A DNA stretch of 64,000 bases. Origin: Prorocentrum cordatum. Taxonomy: Eukaryota. The DNA lies in contig CAUYUJ010000037.1 of NCBI GenBank assembly GCA_963575745.1, positions 124,001-188,000 on the forward strand. The letters are read 5' to 3'. The notes below the pieces were generated by a model. That model ran no database searches. It was not told the DNA's origin and was given only the letters and a program-made list of their open reading frames with translations. Position numbers and translations under genes: made by a program. The number at the start of each line of letters is the position of its first letter. The stretch's first letter is position 1. Positions 62,301 through 64,000 of this stretch are shown piece after piece.

Positions 62301-63400
62301 GGGAACCTCGTAGAGCTCCTTTGACGCGTAGGAGTGCTCAGAGTCGAAAGAGAGAGCTTCTGGAAGCATTTCTCGAAAAAGGGAAAAAAAGATTTTTTTC
62401 GTGTCGACATTAAGATGGTTCCGCCAAGTGTTTTGATAGTAAAAGTGCGCCTACGGAGCTCATACTAAGACAGAGAAGCCCTCATAGTCGTTTACAGGTG
62501 CGAAAAATCTGCTTTCACAAAATGAATTTTCAATTGGTAGCGTCCAACTGGGCGCCTGCGGGAAACCGTCAACCTTGGTTACCGCCGGGAGACTCGTAGA
62601 GCTTCCTAGCTCGACTTAAGTTGAGAAAACCAACAGCACCTACCAACATTCCGACTCATAGTGAATATGTTTTGACCTCTGAATGCGACAGGCGGACGCG
62701 TCTGATGTCTGCGAATCGACTCCTGTCATTACCAGCCCTCCAGCTCCCCTACAGCCGGAGTTATGTGCAGAAGACCGACAGCACCTCTCAGGATGACTCG
62801 AACAATACAGTAGTTTCGCAGACCTAATTCGGGCAGCAGACGGAGTTCCGAGCTCTTGATTCGACAGGCGGACGCGCCTGATGTCTTCGAATCGATTCAT
62901 GTGACCACCAGCACTGTAGCCCCCTCAGCGCGAGTTGAGTGAAGAAAACCGAGAGCACTTCTCAAGATGACTCGACCAATACGAATAGTTTCGCGATTCT
63001 AAATCGGGCAGCAGACCGAGTTCAGAGCTCTGGATTCGACAGACAAACGCAACTGATCATTCTGAATCGGTGTCTGTAAATATCAGCTCTGTAGCTGTCC
63101 TACAGCTCGAGTTAAGTACAGAAAATCGAGAGTTCCTGTCAAGATGACTCGAATAATACGAATAGGTTTGCGGACCTAGCTCGGCTAACAAACCGAGTTC
63201 AGACCTCTGGATTCAACAGGCGAACGCGCCTAATCATTCTACATCGATTAGCTGTGCTTACCAGCTGTTCTAAAGCTCGAGTTAAGTTCGGAAAACCGTC
63301 AGCGCGTATCAAGATGACTCAAAACGACCGATCCCGCCACAGTGCTTTCGATATTAATATTCACCCGATCGAGCTGAGATTAAGATGGCGCGCGGGAATA
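58240..63400. repeat. ~178-bp satellite-like monomers in ~1.2-kb higher-order units
   Basis: AGCCCGAGTT...TCAAGATGACTCGAACAATACGAATAG...AGACCGAGTTCAGA recurs at ~58320, 58497, 58673, 58853 and 59031. Reverse-oriented copies lie at 46.1-47.3, 52.5-53.1 and 57.2-58.1 kb. Confidence 0.9.
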
Positions 63401-63587
63401 AGATCGAATATCACGGGAAAAATACTAGAGCTCTAACGAATGTTCAAATTTTGAGAACATAATTTTCAACTGGACGCCGGCGGTAAACCGTCAACCTTTG
63501 TTACCGCCGGGGGACTCGTAGAGCTTCCTGACAACATGTAATGTCGAAGAAAATTACATAGAAAAAATTGTTTCTCAGCCCAAGCAA

Positions 63588-63984
63588 CTGGCGCCGGCGG
63601 TAAACCGTCAACCTGGTCACCGCCGGGAACCTCGTAGAGCTCCTAGCACGCGTAAGAGTGCTCAGCATCAAAAGAGAGGGCTTCTGGAAGCATTTCTCGA
63701 AAAAGAGAAACCATGATTTTGTCATGTCGACATAAAGATGGTTCCGCCAAGTGTTTTGATAGTAAAAGTGCATCTAGAGAGCTCATATTCAGACGCAGAG
63801 GCCCTCGAAGTCGTTTACAGGTGCGAAAAATCTGCACTCAAAATAAATTGTCAAATATCTTTCAAATATTCGCAGAACCACCGAAAAGTTGTCACATTGT
63901 CCGCCTCGGCCGGGTGGGCCAACTAGCTCCACCCCGCGCCGGAATTCCTCGTAGCTCATCGATGTCGAAGAGCTCTACGAGGCA
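63588..63984 (-). mobile_element. Subfamily 1 element, abutting the next copy head-to-tail
   Basis: CTGGCG + hairpin + CCTCGTAGAGCTC ... GAGCTCTACGAGGCA; CTGGGAACCGGCGGTA then starts at 63985. Confidence 0.7.
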
Positions 63985-64000
63985 CTGGGAACCGGCGGTA

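Larger units (their letters stand above)
45045..64000. mobile_element. Nested/tandem mosaic of non-autonomous elements with asymmetric inverted repeats and a 3' hairpin (Helentron/Helitron2-like)
   Basis: About 20 copies of the hairpin CCGGCGGTAA..TTACCGCCGG, preceded by GAGCTCTACGAG and followed by CCAG|T. Many heads of the form T(A)CCTCGTAGAGCTC. Both orientations are present. Confidence 0.75.

Overview
GC-rich, repeat-saturated eukaryotic DNA (the element types are compatible with a dinoflagellate, which is inference only). No host gene, RNA gene or CRISPR array could be called with confidence. Almost all ORFs in the track are by-products of repeats. Recognisable content: (1) a ~100-bp satellite (1-7.9 kb) interrupted, without a target-site duplication, by a 2,685-bp element with split direct repeats (A1-YR-B1-A2-B2) that encodes an uninterrupted tyrosine recombinase and no RT/RNase H; (2) a frameshifted Helitron/Helentron-type Rep-helicase gene on the minus strand (~7.9-13.8 kb) with a C-terminal array of Cys-rich zinc modules; (3) a heavily decayed Ty1/copia-like pol remnant on the minus strand (~22.8-30 kb) that appears to carry cytosine-methyltransferase-like domains; (4) several families of small non-autonomous elements with asymmetric terminal inverted repeats (at least one with a clear 3' hairpin), often carrying internal tandem repeats, including a head-to-tail mosaic that fills 45-64 kb; (5) three small MITE-like foldback elements with target-site duplications, plus many micro- and minisatellites.
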